DNA of 60,691 nt, the filler included. It is 7 parts of 7 records of this genome, joined end to end, with 100 filler letters (N's around TTAATTAATTAA, not from the genome) between each part and the next. Parts side by side here need not be neighbours in the genome. Positions count along the whole stretch, not along the records: positions 1 to 8,742 come from SRR31156797_34367; positions 8,843 to 20,462 come from SRR31156797_34374; 5 more parts are not named here. One strand, written 5' to 3'. Each line of letters starts with the position of its first letter. Position 1 is the first letter of the stretch. Made by a program: the position numbers and the translations under genes. Below the pieces are notes generated by a model. The model was not told the DNA's origin. It saw nothing but the letters and a program-made list of their open reading frames with translations, and made no database searches. This document shows, one piece after another, positions 1-9,631 of this stretch.

Positions 1-30
1 GATTTGAACCTCCGACCTTCAGGTTATGAG
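1..30 (-). tRNA. 3' fragment of tRNA-Met(CAT), truncated at the anticodon loop (att-site-like duplication)
   Basis: Reverse complement reads CTCATAA-CCTGA-AGGTC-GGAGG-TTCAAAT-C (anticodon loop, 3' anticodon stem, variable loop, T arm). Sequence beyond position 30 does not supply the 5' stem or D arm. The 3' end runs off the window. Confidence 0.75.
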
Positions 31-274
31 TTGGATAGCCCATATCTTACTCAATTGATAAATAATGGATATTTTTCGAAAAAATAAAACATATGTAAAA
101 AACTATGTAAGTGTGGCGACCTTGATCGCACTGTTTCCTGAACTGTCTTGCCGGGTTCGATCCCAGCCCCGCTTACGGCTTTGCCCCTGCTTCCAACGTG
201 GCTACACACTCCAAGGCTGCGGCTTTAGCCGCGAAAGCTAAGGTCTTTGGCCCGAAAAACGGGCACGAGGGCGG

Positions 275-314
275 GAAGTCAGCGTTTTGTCATGACAAAA
301 TGCGTTTCCTGCTA
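275..314. other. Perfect 16-bp palindrome with adjacent nic-like motif (candidate oriT)
   Basis: TTTTGTCATGACAAAA at 285-300 followed by TGCGTTTCCTGCTAA, resembling the inverted repeat + TATCCTGC layout of MOBP origins of transfer. Confidence 0.3.
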
Positions 315-788
315 AATCAATACTAACGATAGTAAGTTACCCAAAGAAAGGAAAAATACAAGAAAATCAAGGAGATACGACAACCTCACGTCATGGCGCA
401 AACTGTTGTAATCGCTCATCTTGAGAGCTAAGCCGTGTTGTAGGTCAAAAATAGCCTGCTGTAGGGAGAATGAAAGCCGTTGTTATAAAACACCGGTAAA
501 GAAGCGCGAAGGAAAAAAAAGCTTTGGCACTTGTGGGCATCGGGGAATCGCCGGGTGCGCCTAAATTGACGATAGTGCTGCGATCCGAGCGCTGTTGCCT
601 GGTGGTTTTCACCATCGGAGGCAGTTTGATGATCCACTAAGTCGGTTTGGACATTTAGCAGAAGATGACAAAGTGGGGAGATTTTTCGAGGTGTCCAATT
701 ACGTCAAATTGACGGAAGCAGATCTAAATAAAACAGAGGTAATTTCCAGAGAATTTCGTAGCTATCCCACCAAGAACAGACATAGTAT

Positions 789-1721
789 CTACATCAAATT
801 AGGAATAGTCATTCCAGGAATGTATTCTTGCGATATACTATGCCTTGCGTGATCGCAAAACGCCTTTATCAGGCGTGATTTTCTTAGGATCTTTAGTGTA
901 ACGATGCCAACTGTCATCGCTTGGTGTTCACCAGACAACTTGATGTTGACCACTTTACGTCCGTCGAGCGCATTATTTGATCTGGGTAGTACGTTGCCGA
1001 GTGTATAGCCGTAGCAATTCGCAACCATCGTCCTAATGACGTCAGGTTGGTCGAAGCAATAGGCGATGTTCGGTTGCAATCCTTCGTTCATGAAAAGCGC
1101 CAAGAAGTACTCGCGGCTCATAGGCAGATCGAGAAGGATGAGAGGCAACTTCGCCAGTTCTTTGAGCGAGACCGAAGAGCGTTGAGCAAGCACGTCACCC
1201 TCTCCAAGAACGGCGTGCACCGGCAGTTTGGCCAGTGGCGTAAACTCGACGCTAGCTGGAATCTGCAGGTCATAAGTGATCGCGATATCGATCTTCGCAT
1301 GGCCTAGATCTTCAAGCAGAGTTTGTTGATCACTGGCATCGAGACGCACCTGGGCTTTGGGAAAAGCTTCACTGAAAGAACTGGACAGTTCGGGCAGTAT
1401 CATCGGTGCAAGTGTTGTCAGACAGCCGACGTTCAGTGTTCCGCGAACCTCGTCATTGGCTTCCAGGGCCACGCTGTACAGCTCCTCCGCCTGTTCCAGC
1501 AGGAGCCGCACCTCCTGCAGCAATTTTCGACCAGCCGGGGTTAAGGACAGTCCCTGTGCGTGGTGACGTACGAAGAGTTGCAGCCCCAGTTCTTCCTCCA
1601 ACTGCGAGATGGCAGTGGAGATCGACGGTTGCGAAACGTTGATTTGGCTGGAAGCCTGAGTGATGCTACCCGATTGTGCGGCCGCACGGAAATACTCAAG
1701 CTGCCGAAAAGTAAATCTCAT
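789..1721 (-). CDS. LysR family transcriptional regulator
   Basis: N-terminal HTH (FTFRQLEYFRAAAQSGSITQAS...VSQPSISTAISQLEEELG..LF.R) plus substrate-binding domain. Start moved to MRFTFRQ at 1721. Confidence 0.95.
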   Translation of the reverse strand: MRFTFRQLEYFRAAAQSGSITQASSQINVSQPSISTAISQLEEELGLQLFVRHHAQGLSLTPAGRKLLQEVRLLLEQAEELYSVALEANDEVRGTLNVGCLTTLAPMILPELSSSFSEAFPKAQVRLDASDQQTLLEDLGHAKIDIAITYDLQIPASVEFTPLAKLPVHAVLGEGDVLAQRSSVSLKELAKLPLILLDLPMSREYFLALFMNEGLQPNIAYCFDQPDVIRTMVANCYGYTLGNVLPRSNNALDGRKVVNIKLSGEHQAMTVGIVTLKILRKSRLIKAFCDHARHSISQEYIPGMTIPNLM

Positions 1722-2208
1722 GGCGCTGGGAAGGCCTTTGCTACGATTCAAGCCACATTGAATCTATCATAATCTGCCTCACTTGCTGCGAATATGTATC
1801 GTGGCACCAAAAAGTCTCTTCTTCTGCGGTGGGATTAACACAGCCGAGGATGCCACATCCGCTGACCTGCCCCTTTAACCGGATCCAGATGCGAACTTAG
1901 AGAAGCTGAACATCCGGATCTCAGTGAGAAGGGGACAAACGGATGCCTGGATGGCGTTTTTTCGGTCGAGCAGATCATCAATCTTCATAGAGAGCGACCG
2001 CGGAGGTTCGCCGCGGCTTCGGAATATTGAAGTTACCATCTCTCTGGACGGCTCTCCCAAAGCAAACTGCTTTGGATCCGACGGGTCTGGTCGGTTACAG
2101 TCGTCTGTCCGGCATCACCGTATGGCGCCGCCCAAATGGGACATCCGCTCCCACACGCCTCTACTGATGGTAGGCCTCACGAAGGCCGCGACAATAATAG
2201 GGCTCGTT

Positions 2209-2450
2209 GTGCGCCGATCCTTCGCATATGCAAGATGACTTGCGCATCCTTTGGATCATTCTCGTCCCAGTTGTCATGAAGCGTTACACGCATGCGCCAA
2301 GGCAACGGACGAAATCAACCGTACGCCAGAACCGACTTCAGGAAGCCATCAGGCGATCGCAAGATGGTGGCTGCCGGTTGCCTCGAAGCCGACGGTTGCT
2401 AGCCAACCCGTATCGGCCAGGATCGTGATCGGACGATATTGATCATCATA
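2209..2450 (-). pseudogene. Degraded IS110-family transposase (N-terminal DEDD domain remnant)
   Basis: Manual translation gives ...TVGFEATGSHHLAIA* then RLISSVALA and, after a frameshift, LHDNWDENDPKDAQVILHMRRIGAQ, matching IS110 motifs GFEATG and KNDPKDA. Confidence 0.75.
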
Positions 2451-2537
2451 GGAGCGACGACCAAGTGTTTCGATTTCGGCAGACATTTGATGAACCTACG
2501 AGCCCTCCTCTCGAATTCGGTGATCTCTGATACCGAA

Positions 2538-3194
2538 TTACGACGACACGATACCGGACGCGATATCAACCACCCCGGTAACGACGATCTGCATACCCAC
2601 GCAAAGAAGGATGAAGGCAAAGAGGCGAGCGAAAACCTGCCGGCCTGAATCGCCCAGCAATGCCGTCAAGAGGGCCGTGTATCGGTAGAAGAACCAGATA
2701 AGAATGGAGATGCCGAGAACCGCAACCGAGGTGCCGACAACGAAGCCGAAAAGGCCGTTGCCAGCGGCCGGATGAACAGCGCCGATGGCTATAGCCGTGG
2801 CGATGGTACCGGGTCCCATGCTGATCGGGATGGTCAGAGGGAAGAACGCTTGATCGTGCAACCGGCGAGCGGCTTCGGCGGAAGAAACATGTTCATTCTT
2901 CTCATATTGGTTCCGGGATTCGAGTAGACGCCAGGCATGCACCGCCACAAGTCCGCCACCGGCAATGCGCAAGGCGCCGAGTGAGATGCCGAAGGCTTCG
3001 AGCAACAACGCTCCGCCCCAAAGTGAGACAAGAATGACCACGAGAACGTAGATGCTTATGCGCCCGGCCAGACGATTGCGATCACTTGCGGTCAGATCGG
3101 CCGCTATTTCATCGAAAATGAAGGCCATCCCGATCGGATTGACGACAGCAAAGAGAAGCGGGAAGCCGAAAAGGAAAGTGTCAAGGGCAGTCAC
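2538..3194 (-). CDS. MarC family integral membrane protein
   Basis: LFAVVNPIG, FGISLGALRIAGG, AFFPLTIPISMGPGTIA motifs. GTG start at 3194 follows a GGAGGA RBS. Confidence 0.9.
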   Translation of the reverse strand: MTALDTFLFGFPLLFAVVNPIGMAFIFDEIAADLTASDRNRLAGRISIYVLVVILVSLWGGALLLEAFGISLGALRIAGGGLVAVHAWRLLESRNQYEKNEHVSSAEAARRLHDQAFFPLTIPISMGPGTIATAIAIGAVHPAAGNGLFGFVVGTSVAVLGISILIWFFYRYTALLTALLGDSGRQVFARLFAFILLCVGMQIVVTGVVDIASGIVSS

Positions 3195-3638
3195 GACTCC
3201 TCCAAAATCCGACCAAACGGTAATGGCTGATATTGGGGCGGACGCCCGTTTACGTTTGGCCGCCACCCAACGCAACGCATTCATTATTGAATACGTCACC
3301 TTCTGTTATGGGCGTGCACCCAAATACCTACAACGTGCGCCTGCAAATGGTTTGTTATTGAAACAAGACTTATCGCGGAAGTAATAACCCTCGCCCTGCA
3401 CTTGCCGAAGAAAGGATCATGGCGGTCATTTTGGTGGGGCTGGAGTGGTGCTGTAAAATATAAAAAATCTGCCCTTTGCTTTGAAATTACAGAACCAGTG
3501 ACACGTCTAGCAGGCTGCAGAAAGGTCGTGAATGAATTCCGAGTCCAGGTTTGACATCGAGCTGATCCTGTAAAGGCGACCCGTTGGTCCAGAACTTCCG
3601 GAGACTGTACGGCTTGTGTCCTATTCGCCGTGTGCTTG

Positions 3639-5999
3639 CTATCCGCCGACTTCTTCCGCCGCGACAGCGGAGGCCATGTCATCCAGGACCGTCGCAATTT
3701 CCTCTTCGGTGAATCTTATCTGGAACCGCCGGTCAAAAGTGGTGAACAGCCCGATGAAGGAGCTTTCGCAATGCTGCATCATCTTTTCGGCGTCATGCCT
3801 CGAAATGTTCAAACGCTTTTGAAGAAAGGCGCCGAAGACCTTGCGGGCGGGAGGATTGTTCAGCATGTGGACCGGTTGGGTATCCCAGAAAATTGGCCGA
3901 TAACGGCCAAAGGAGGAATGACAGACAACCGTGGCCTGCAAAGGCAAATCACGTGAAGATGCACCCACACGAACCACCAGCTCGCAGTTATCCAGTATCC
4001 AGAACCCAAGACTCGCGTCGTAGATCATTAGATCATCAACGGGAACCACCATCGTCACGCACCGGCTTTCTCCTGGCTCCAGAGCGACCTTGGCGAATGC
4101 TTTGAGTTCGCGAGGCGGAACGAGGTGACGAGCGCCGATACGCTCGACATAAAGCTGTACGATTTCCTTTCCAGCCATTTCGCCGGTGTTCGTAAGCGTG
4201 AAGGAGGCGGCAACCTCTTGCCCCGGTTGCAGTTCCGTCTTGTCGAGTTGAAGGTCCGAATAGGCGAATTGCGTGTAGCTCAAGCCATGCCCGAAAGGAA
4301 ATAAAGGCTCCAATTCACGATAGTCATAGCCTCGATAGCCCACAAAGATCCCTTCACTATAGACATGGCGGCGGTTTTCTCCCGGGTAGGTCATGATGCC
4401 GGGAATGTCGCTCATTTTCCTGGGGAAGGTGGTTGTAAGCTTGCCGGAAGGATTGGTTTCGCCGAAGATCATATCGGCGACCGCGCCTCCCATCCCCTGA
4501 CCGGCGAAAAAGGTGTCGAGCACGGCGGCGACATCCTCGATCCAAGGCATAACGACCGCGTCGGGATTGGAGAGAACAACAAGGGTTCTGGGGTTGATCG
4601 CCGCAAGCTCCGCGATCAGTTCGTCCTGCCCCGGAGCCAGCGAAAGATTGTGCCGGTCGGAACCCTCCCCGTCATATCCGACCTCGGTATTGGCAAAGAC
4701 AATCACAACATCGGCAACCGCCGCGCATTTTCCGATTTCACCGTCATCGTCATGAAAAGTCGGGAACGACAGGATCTCGACCTCGGGTCCTGCAAGCTTG
4801 GCGATTTCTTCCAGAGGACCGTCGACCCTGGTCGGCAGGGTCGTCGCGCAGCCCGACCCCTGAATGACGGGCTCCTGCTGACCGGTGCCGATCAACAGAA
4901 GTTTTTGGGACGCGGTGCGGCTCAGGGGAAGCGTGCCGTCATTTTTAAGCAGCACGATAGAATCGGCCGCGGCCCGCCGTGCAAGCGCATGGTGTCGATC
5001 CCGATCGAAGGCCGGTTTACCTTTGCTGCCGAGCAGGGCCTTGCGCACAAGGGTCAAAACGCGCAGACAAGAGCGGTCTAGTTCTTCAGTGGACAGCGTC
5101 CCGTCCTCAATGGCGGCGAGCAGCACCTCCTTGCGTGTATCACTCTCGGGCATATCGAGATCGTTGCCCGCTTTCAAGGCAGCAAGGCGATCCTTGATGC
5201 CGTGCCAATCGGACACGACAAGACCGTCATATCCCCATTCCTTGCGCAATACATCCACAAGAAGCCACGGATTTTCCCCTGCCTGCGTACCGTTTAGCAA
5301 ATTGTAGGAGGACATGACCGACCATGGATTGCTCTTGGCGACGGCCCGTTCAAAGCCTCTGAGATAGATCTCGCGCAAGGGACGCTCCTCGACAAGAGAG
5401 TCCATTGTGGTGCGCTCGATTTCGGAATTGTTGCAGGCAAAATGCTTGAGCGATGCACCCACGCCCTGCCCCTGCAGGCCGTTGATGAGAGCCGCGGCCA
5501 AATCGCCCGTCAACAACGGGTCTTCGGAATAATATTCATAGCTGCGTCCGCCAAGGGGAATGCGCCGTATATTGATCCCCGGTCCGAGCAGCAAACCGAC
5601 GCCGAATTCCTGACATTCCCGCCCAAGCGCCGCACCGATTTCGTCGAAAAGGTCCAAGTCCCATGAACAGGCAAGGCATGATCCGTTCGGAAAGCACGTT
5701 GCCGAGTTGATCGTGCCAAATGCGGCCCGCACCCCGTCGGCTGTCTGGTTCACGACCGACAGAAACGCCTCGAATTCTTGTCCCCCTGGCTGGTCGCCAT
5801 CGATCTGATCGGCCGAATACCGCACGCCATAGGTGCCATCCGTCATTATCACGGAGGGAATTCCCAGTCTTTCGACAGAGGCCGATTTCCACATATGCTT
5901 TCCGGAAACTAGCGTGACCTTCTCCTCGGTTGTCATTTCAGCCAAAAGCGGATCGAGGATCCCCTCAATCAGGTTGGGGTTTGGCGTCACAGTCATCAC
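3639..5999 (-). CDS. Glycoside hydrolase family 3 beta-glucosidase with FnIII-like C-terminal domain
   Basis: GPGINIRR.PLGGR..EYYSEDP, KHFACN, catalytic SDW, EG.DR and PLFPFGHGLSYT motifs. No signal peptide. Confidence 0.95.
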   Translation of the reverse strand: MMTVTPNPNLIEGILDPLLAEMTTEEKVTLVSGKHMWKSASVERLGIPSVIMTDGTYGVRYSADQIDGDQPGGQEFEAFLSVVNQTADGVRAAFGTINSATCFPNGSCLACSWDLDLFDEIGAALGRECQEFGVGLLLGPGINIRRIPLGGRSYEYYSEDPLLTGDLAAALINGLQGQGVGASLKHFACNNSEIERTTMDSLVEERPLREIYLRGFERAVAKSNPWSVMSSYNLLNGTQAGENPWLLVDVLRKEWGYDGLVVSDWHGIKDRLAALKAGNDLDMPESDTRKEVLLAAIEDGTLSTEELDRSCLRVLTLVRKALLGSKGKPAFDRDRHHALARRAAADSIVLLKNDGTLPLSRTASQKLLLIGTGQQEPVIQGSGCATTLPTRVDGPLEEIAKLAGPEVEILSFPTFHDDDGEIGKCAAVADVVIVFANTEVGYDGEGSDRHNLSLAPGQDELIAELAAINPRTLVVLSNPDAVVMPWIEDVAAVLDTFFAGQGMGGAVADMIFGETNPSGKLTTTFPRKMSDIPGIMTYPGENRRHVYSEGIFVGYRGYDYRELEPLFPFGHGLSYTQFAYSDLQLDKTELQPGQEVAASFTLTNTGEMAGKEIVQLYVERIGARHLVPPRELKAFAKVALEPGESRCVTMVVPVDDLMIYDASLGFWILDNCELVVRVGASSRDLPLQATVVCHSSFGRYRPIFWDTQPVHMLNNPPARKVFGAFLQKRLNISRHDAEKMMQHCESSFIGLFTTFDRRFQIRFTEEEIATVLDDMASAVAAEEVGG

Positions 6000-6561
6000 A
6001 AATGCTCCGAATGAAAGTTAAGGAGATTGGACGGGCAGCCACGGGGCCAATTAAAATTTACCCCTCTCTCTCCTTTCGCCAAAAGAGACTTTTCCTTGCC
6101 GTAGCATAGGGTAAAGCTAAGCCATCTTTATTGCCTACCCATCCGACAACGTATCCTTCGTCCGATCATCGACATGCCGCTGTGCCCGATCTCGAACTTG
6201 TACGACGGGCGAAATTTGTCTGGCCCATTATCGCTTCAGGAGTCATCAGCTTAGGAAATTTCAAAACCAAGCTTCAGGATTTACTTCTTTAAGCGAGATA
6301 TTGGCACAAGATATAAATTGATTGCGGAATGAACGGCGGTTGATGCTTCCCACTTTGTCGAAAAGACGTTCCGGCAACAAAGTATTACCGACCTGTTCCC
6401 GGTTCCGTACATGGCGTTGTGCACCGGTCTATTGACCTGCAAAAGAATATTTCATAGGCGGAGAGGAATTGCGCCTAAATCAAGAATTGTCCTTAATTTA
6501 TGATTACCAAAAACCGCTTGATGCAAGTATCTTATGTGACTTGCATGGTCATATTTATCTT

Positions 6562-6661
6562 ATTGCCAACGCTTCCTCACCGTCGGCAACAACCTCCGCT
6601 TCAAAATAGATTAATTGCCAACGCTTGCTCGCCGTCGGCGACAACCTTCACCTTAAAATAG
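6562..6661 (+). repeat. Imperfect tandem direct repeat (two 48-bp copies, 52-bp period) upstream of the sugar-binding protein
   Basis: ATTGCCAACGCTTCCTCACCGTCGGCAACAACCTCCGCTTCAAAATAG (6562-6609) versus ATTGCCAACGCTTGCTCGCCGTCGGCGACAACCTTCACCTTAAAATAG (6614-6661). Confidence 0.9.
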
Positions 6662-6675
6662 GGAGAGAGATAATC

Positions 6676-7914
6676 ATGAAACAAATCAACAAATTAATCA
6701 TGACTGCATTGACAGCAAGTAGCATGTTTGCGGCCCCCGCCTTTTCCCAGACCGTTGACGTTCAGCAATATTGGACCAGCGCCAGTGAAGCGAAGGCGAT
6801 GAATGTTCTTGCGGACGAATTCCGCTCGCGTGGCGGTAAATGGATCGACAGTCCGGCCAGTGGCTCTTCGGGCAATATCGCCGCTGCCACCACCCGCATC
6901 GCAGGCGGCAAGCCGCCGTCCGCCATCCTGATGACGCCGACCTCGGTGCTGACCGAACTTGCCCAAGGCGATCTGCTGCGCGATCTCATGCCGCTGGCGG
7001 AAAAAGAAGGCTGGAAAGACTATATCGCTCCCCTGGTTTGGGACAAGCTGGTGGTCGATGAAGAGTTGGTTGCGCTGCCGATTGGCATTCAATCTCCTAA
7101 CTGGATCTGGTACTCGAAACCCATTTTCGAAAAGCTCGATCTGGAAGAACCCAAAAATTTCGAAGAACTCCTCGCCGCGGCAGACAAGATCCAGGAAGCG
7201 GGCTATATCGGTATAGCGACCGGGGGAGACCGGTCCTCACGCGCTCAGGTTCTGTTCAGCATCCTTTTGGGTCTTGGCGGTCCGGATTATTGGAACGCCC
7301 TGTTCGTCGATCGTAGCGAGGAGGCTTTCAAGTCCGACATCCTCGTCAAGAGCTTCGATATGTTCCGCAAGGCTTCCACCTTTGCCGATCCAGGCGCTTC
7401 GGGCCGCGGCTGGAACGAGACGACCAATCTGGTGATTTCCGGCAAGGCCGGCATGCAGTTCCTTGGCGACTGGGCAAAGGGTGAATTCGTGGCGGCCGGT
7501 CAGGTGGCCGGCAAGGATTTCGGCTGTTTCCTTTCGCCGGGCGACCATAAATCCTACGCCATCCTTGTCGACGTCTTTTCCTTCCCGAAAGTGGATGATC
7601 AAAATATTGTTTCCGGTCAGGAACTTCTGGCGGGAAGCATGATGGATCCGACAGTGCAGGTTAAGATTTCCGAGGCCAAGGGCTCGGTTCCGGCCCGCTC
7701 CGATGTTAATCGTGGCAGCCTTGATGCATGCGCCAAGATCGGCAGCGAAGCCATGGCGACCCCCGGCGCAGCCGTAACGGCGATCTGGAACGTGATCAGC
7801 AGCGATGCCGTGGGCGAATTATTCGATCTCGCGGCGCGTTTCTATGCAGACCCGTCCATGACGACCGAAGAGGTGGTCAAGAGCTTCACGTCGTCTCTGA
7901 GGTCCCTCCAATAA
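6676..7914 (+). CDS. Carbohydrate ABC transporter substrate-binding protein
   Basis: Signal peptide MKQINKL...APAFS; YWTSASEAKA, GKAGMQFLGDWAKGEF and KGSVPARSD motifs typical of glucose/mannose-type SBPs. ATG 6676 follows GGGAGAG. Confidence 0.92.
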   Translation: MKQINKLIMTALTASSMFAAPAFSQTVDVQQYWTSASEAKAMNVLADEFRSRGGKWIDSPASGSSGNIAAATTRIAGGKPPSAILMTPTSVLTELAQGDLLRDLMPLAEKEGWKDYIAPLVWDKLVVDEELVALPIGIQSPNWIWYSKPIFEKLDLEEPKNFEELLAAADKIQEAGYIGIATGGDRSSRAQVLFSILLGLGGPDYWNALFVDRSEEAFKSDILVKSFDMFRKASTFADPGASGRGWNETTNLVISGKAGMQFLGDWAKGEFVAAGQVAGKDFGCFLSPGDHKSYAILVDVFSFPKVDDQNIVSGQELLAGSMMDPTVQVKISEAKGSVPARSDVNRGSLDACAKIGSEAMATPGAAVTAIWNVISSDAVGELFDLAARFYADPSMTTEEVVKSFTSSLRSLQ

Positions 7915-7921
7915 AAACCAA

Positions 7922-7943
7922 AAGGGCCCCTTATGGGGCCCTT
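7922..7943 (+). terminator. Intercistronic hairpin after the SBP gene (attenuating or mRNA-stabilising)
   Basis: AAGGGCCCC-TTAT-GGGGCCCTT, without a long U tract. Confidence 0.55.
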
Positions 7944-7965
7944 CCCCCAACCGGGACACGTTTAA

Positions 7966-8742
7966 ATGAGACTATTGCGAAGCCTCGCCCACAAGCCCAA
8001 TCCAACCGTCGTGTTCTTCTTTGCCTTGGTGGCCTTGTTCTTCTACGGGTCGGTTTTCTGGACAGGCTATATTTCGCTTACCGGCTCGACATTGCTGCCC
8101 AAATACTCTCTGATCGGCCTCCATCAATACGAGCGCCTATGGACGAACACGCGCTGGATCGTGTCGTCGATCAATCTCGTCATTTACGGCAGCCTGTATC
8201 TCTTTTTCGCGATAGCTTGCGGCACTTGGCTGGCGATACTTCTGGATCGCATCTCGTTCGGAGGCTCCGTTTTCCGGACCATCTTTCTTTACCCTCTCGC
8301 GGTGTCGCTGATCGTAACGGGTCTGGCGTGGCGCTGGATCCTCGATCCGGTCAACGGAATACAGCAAATTGTCCGCAACATGGGCTGGGCGGACTTCAAC
8401 TTCGACTGGATTGCAGACCCGGACAGAGCCATCTACACCCTTGTCATTGCGAGTGTCTGGCAATCCACCGGTCTTGTTATGGTGATCATGCTGGCGGGTC
8501 TTCGCGGCGTTGATTCCGATATGTGGAAGGCCATTCGACTGGAAGGCATAAAGCCGTGGCGTGCCTATCTTCAGATCATCCTGCCCAGTCTGCGTCCCAT
8601 GATAAATACCTGTGTCGTGCTCATCACCGCACATGTCATCAAGGGCTATGACCTCGTCATCTCTATGACCGGAGGCGGACCGGGCATTTCATCCGAACTG
8701 CCCGCAAAATTTGCCGTCGACTTCTTTTTCGCCAGGGTCAAT
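7966..8742 (+). CDS. Carbohydrate ABC transporter permease (3' truncated by contig end)
   Basis: FRTIFLYPLAVS.IVTGLAWRW and EAA-like loop MWKAIRLEG. Confidence 0.92.
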
Positions 8743-8842
8743 NNNNNNNNNNNNNNNNNNNNNNNNNNNNNNNNNNNNNNNNNNNNTTAATTAATTAANN
8801 NNNNNNNNNNNNNNNNNNNNNNNNNNNNNNNNNNNNNNNNNN
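8743..8842. other. Artificial contig linker
   Basis: N-run, TTAATTAATTAA (stops in all six frames), N-run; 100 bp. Confidence 0.98.
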
Positions 8843-8907
8843 AGCACCTGTAAAAGGGTGCTTTTATTATGCACAAAAGCAGGTAACTCCTGTGATTGTG
8901 CTTTTTT
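8843..8907 (+). terminator. Two tandem intrinsic terminator-like hairpins upstream of the scaffold gene
   Basis: AGCACC-TGTAAAAG-GGTGCT-TTTATT and GCACAA...TTGTGC-TTTTTT. Confidence 0.6.
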
Positions 8908-8967
8908 AATGCCCTTTTACCTGACAAGGGAGAAAAGAAACAGGATATTTGATAAGGAGCTTAGAAT

Positions 8968-9609
8968 ATGAGCGAACAAACAAATGCTACTACAAGCGAA
9001 GAAAATGTAGAAACAATTACTGTAGAGAGTACAGAAGCTATCAATGAGCCAAAAGAGAACAAGACCTATACACAAGAAGAATTCAATAAGATGAGTTCGT
9101 CTCAGTATCAGGCAGGGATTAATAAGGCTCTAAAGCAAATCGGAATTGACCCAAAACAAGCAGGCGACTATAAGGCTAAACTACAGGCTTTCAAAGACTG
9201 GGAAGACAGTCAGAAAACAGATATTGACAAGGCATACGAGGCAAGAGAAATGGCTGAGAAAGCTTTGCATGAAGAACAGAATAAGTCTGCACTGCTGGGT
9301 AAACGACTGACAGCAATCTCTAAGGGTATACCTTCGGATAAGGCTGATAAATTCATAAAGCTGGCAGAGGCATATCAGTCAGAGAAAGTGGATTTTGAAA
9401 ATGCGCTGGAGTTTGCTTTGAAAGATTTTCCTGTGAAAGCTGAAAGCAGACCTCAGATAAAGGCAGTGAGCAGCACAAAGGGCGGTGGCCTGGTTGGTGA
9501 CGGCCTGGATGCAGAGATTGCACAAGCACAGGAGAACTACAAGAAAAGACCTAACATAGACAATCAGGCAAGACTAAGCGGATTGTTAATGAAAAGGAGA
9601 AACAAGTAA
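8968..9609 (+). CDS. Phage capsid scaffolding protein
   Basis: Acidic N-terminus, KTYTQEE motif, coiled-coil core (SQKTDIDK), directly upstream of the capsid gene; AAGGAG RBS. Confidence 0.85.
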   Translation: MSEQTNATTSEENVETITVESTEAINEPKENKTYTQEEFNKMSSSQYQAGINKALKQIGIDPKQAGDYKAKLQAFKDWEDSQKTDIDKAYEAREMAEKALHEEQNKSALLGKRLTAISKGIPSDKADKFIKLAEAYQSEKVDFENALEFALKDFPVKAESRPQIKAVSSTKGGGLVGDGLDAEIAQAQENYKKRPNIDNQARLSGLLMKRRNK

Positions 9610-9631
9610 AACAAATAATAAGGAGAAATAA

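Noticed and set aside
150-175. GGGTTCGATCCC T-loop-like motif suggesting a second tRNA
   Set aside because: No acceptor, D or anticodon arms could be built around it.
6562-6661. CRISPR-like repeat
   Set aside because: Only two copies with a 4-bp gap, no spacers and no cas genes. No CRISPR array was seen anywhere in the window.
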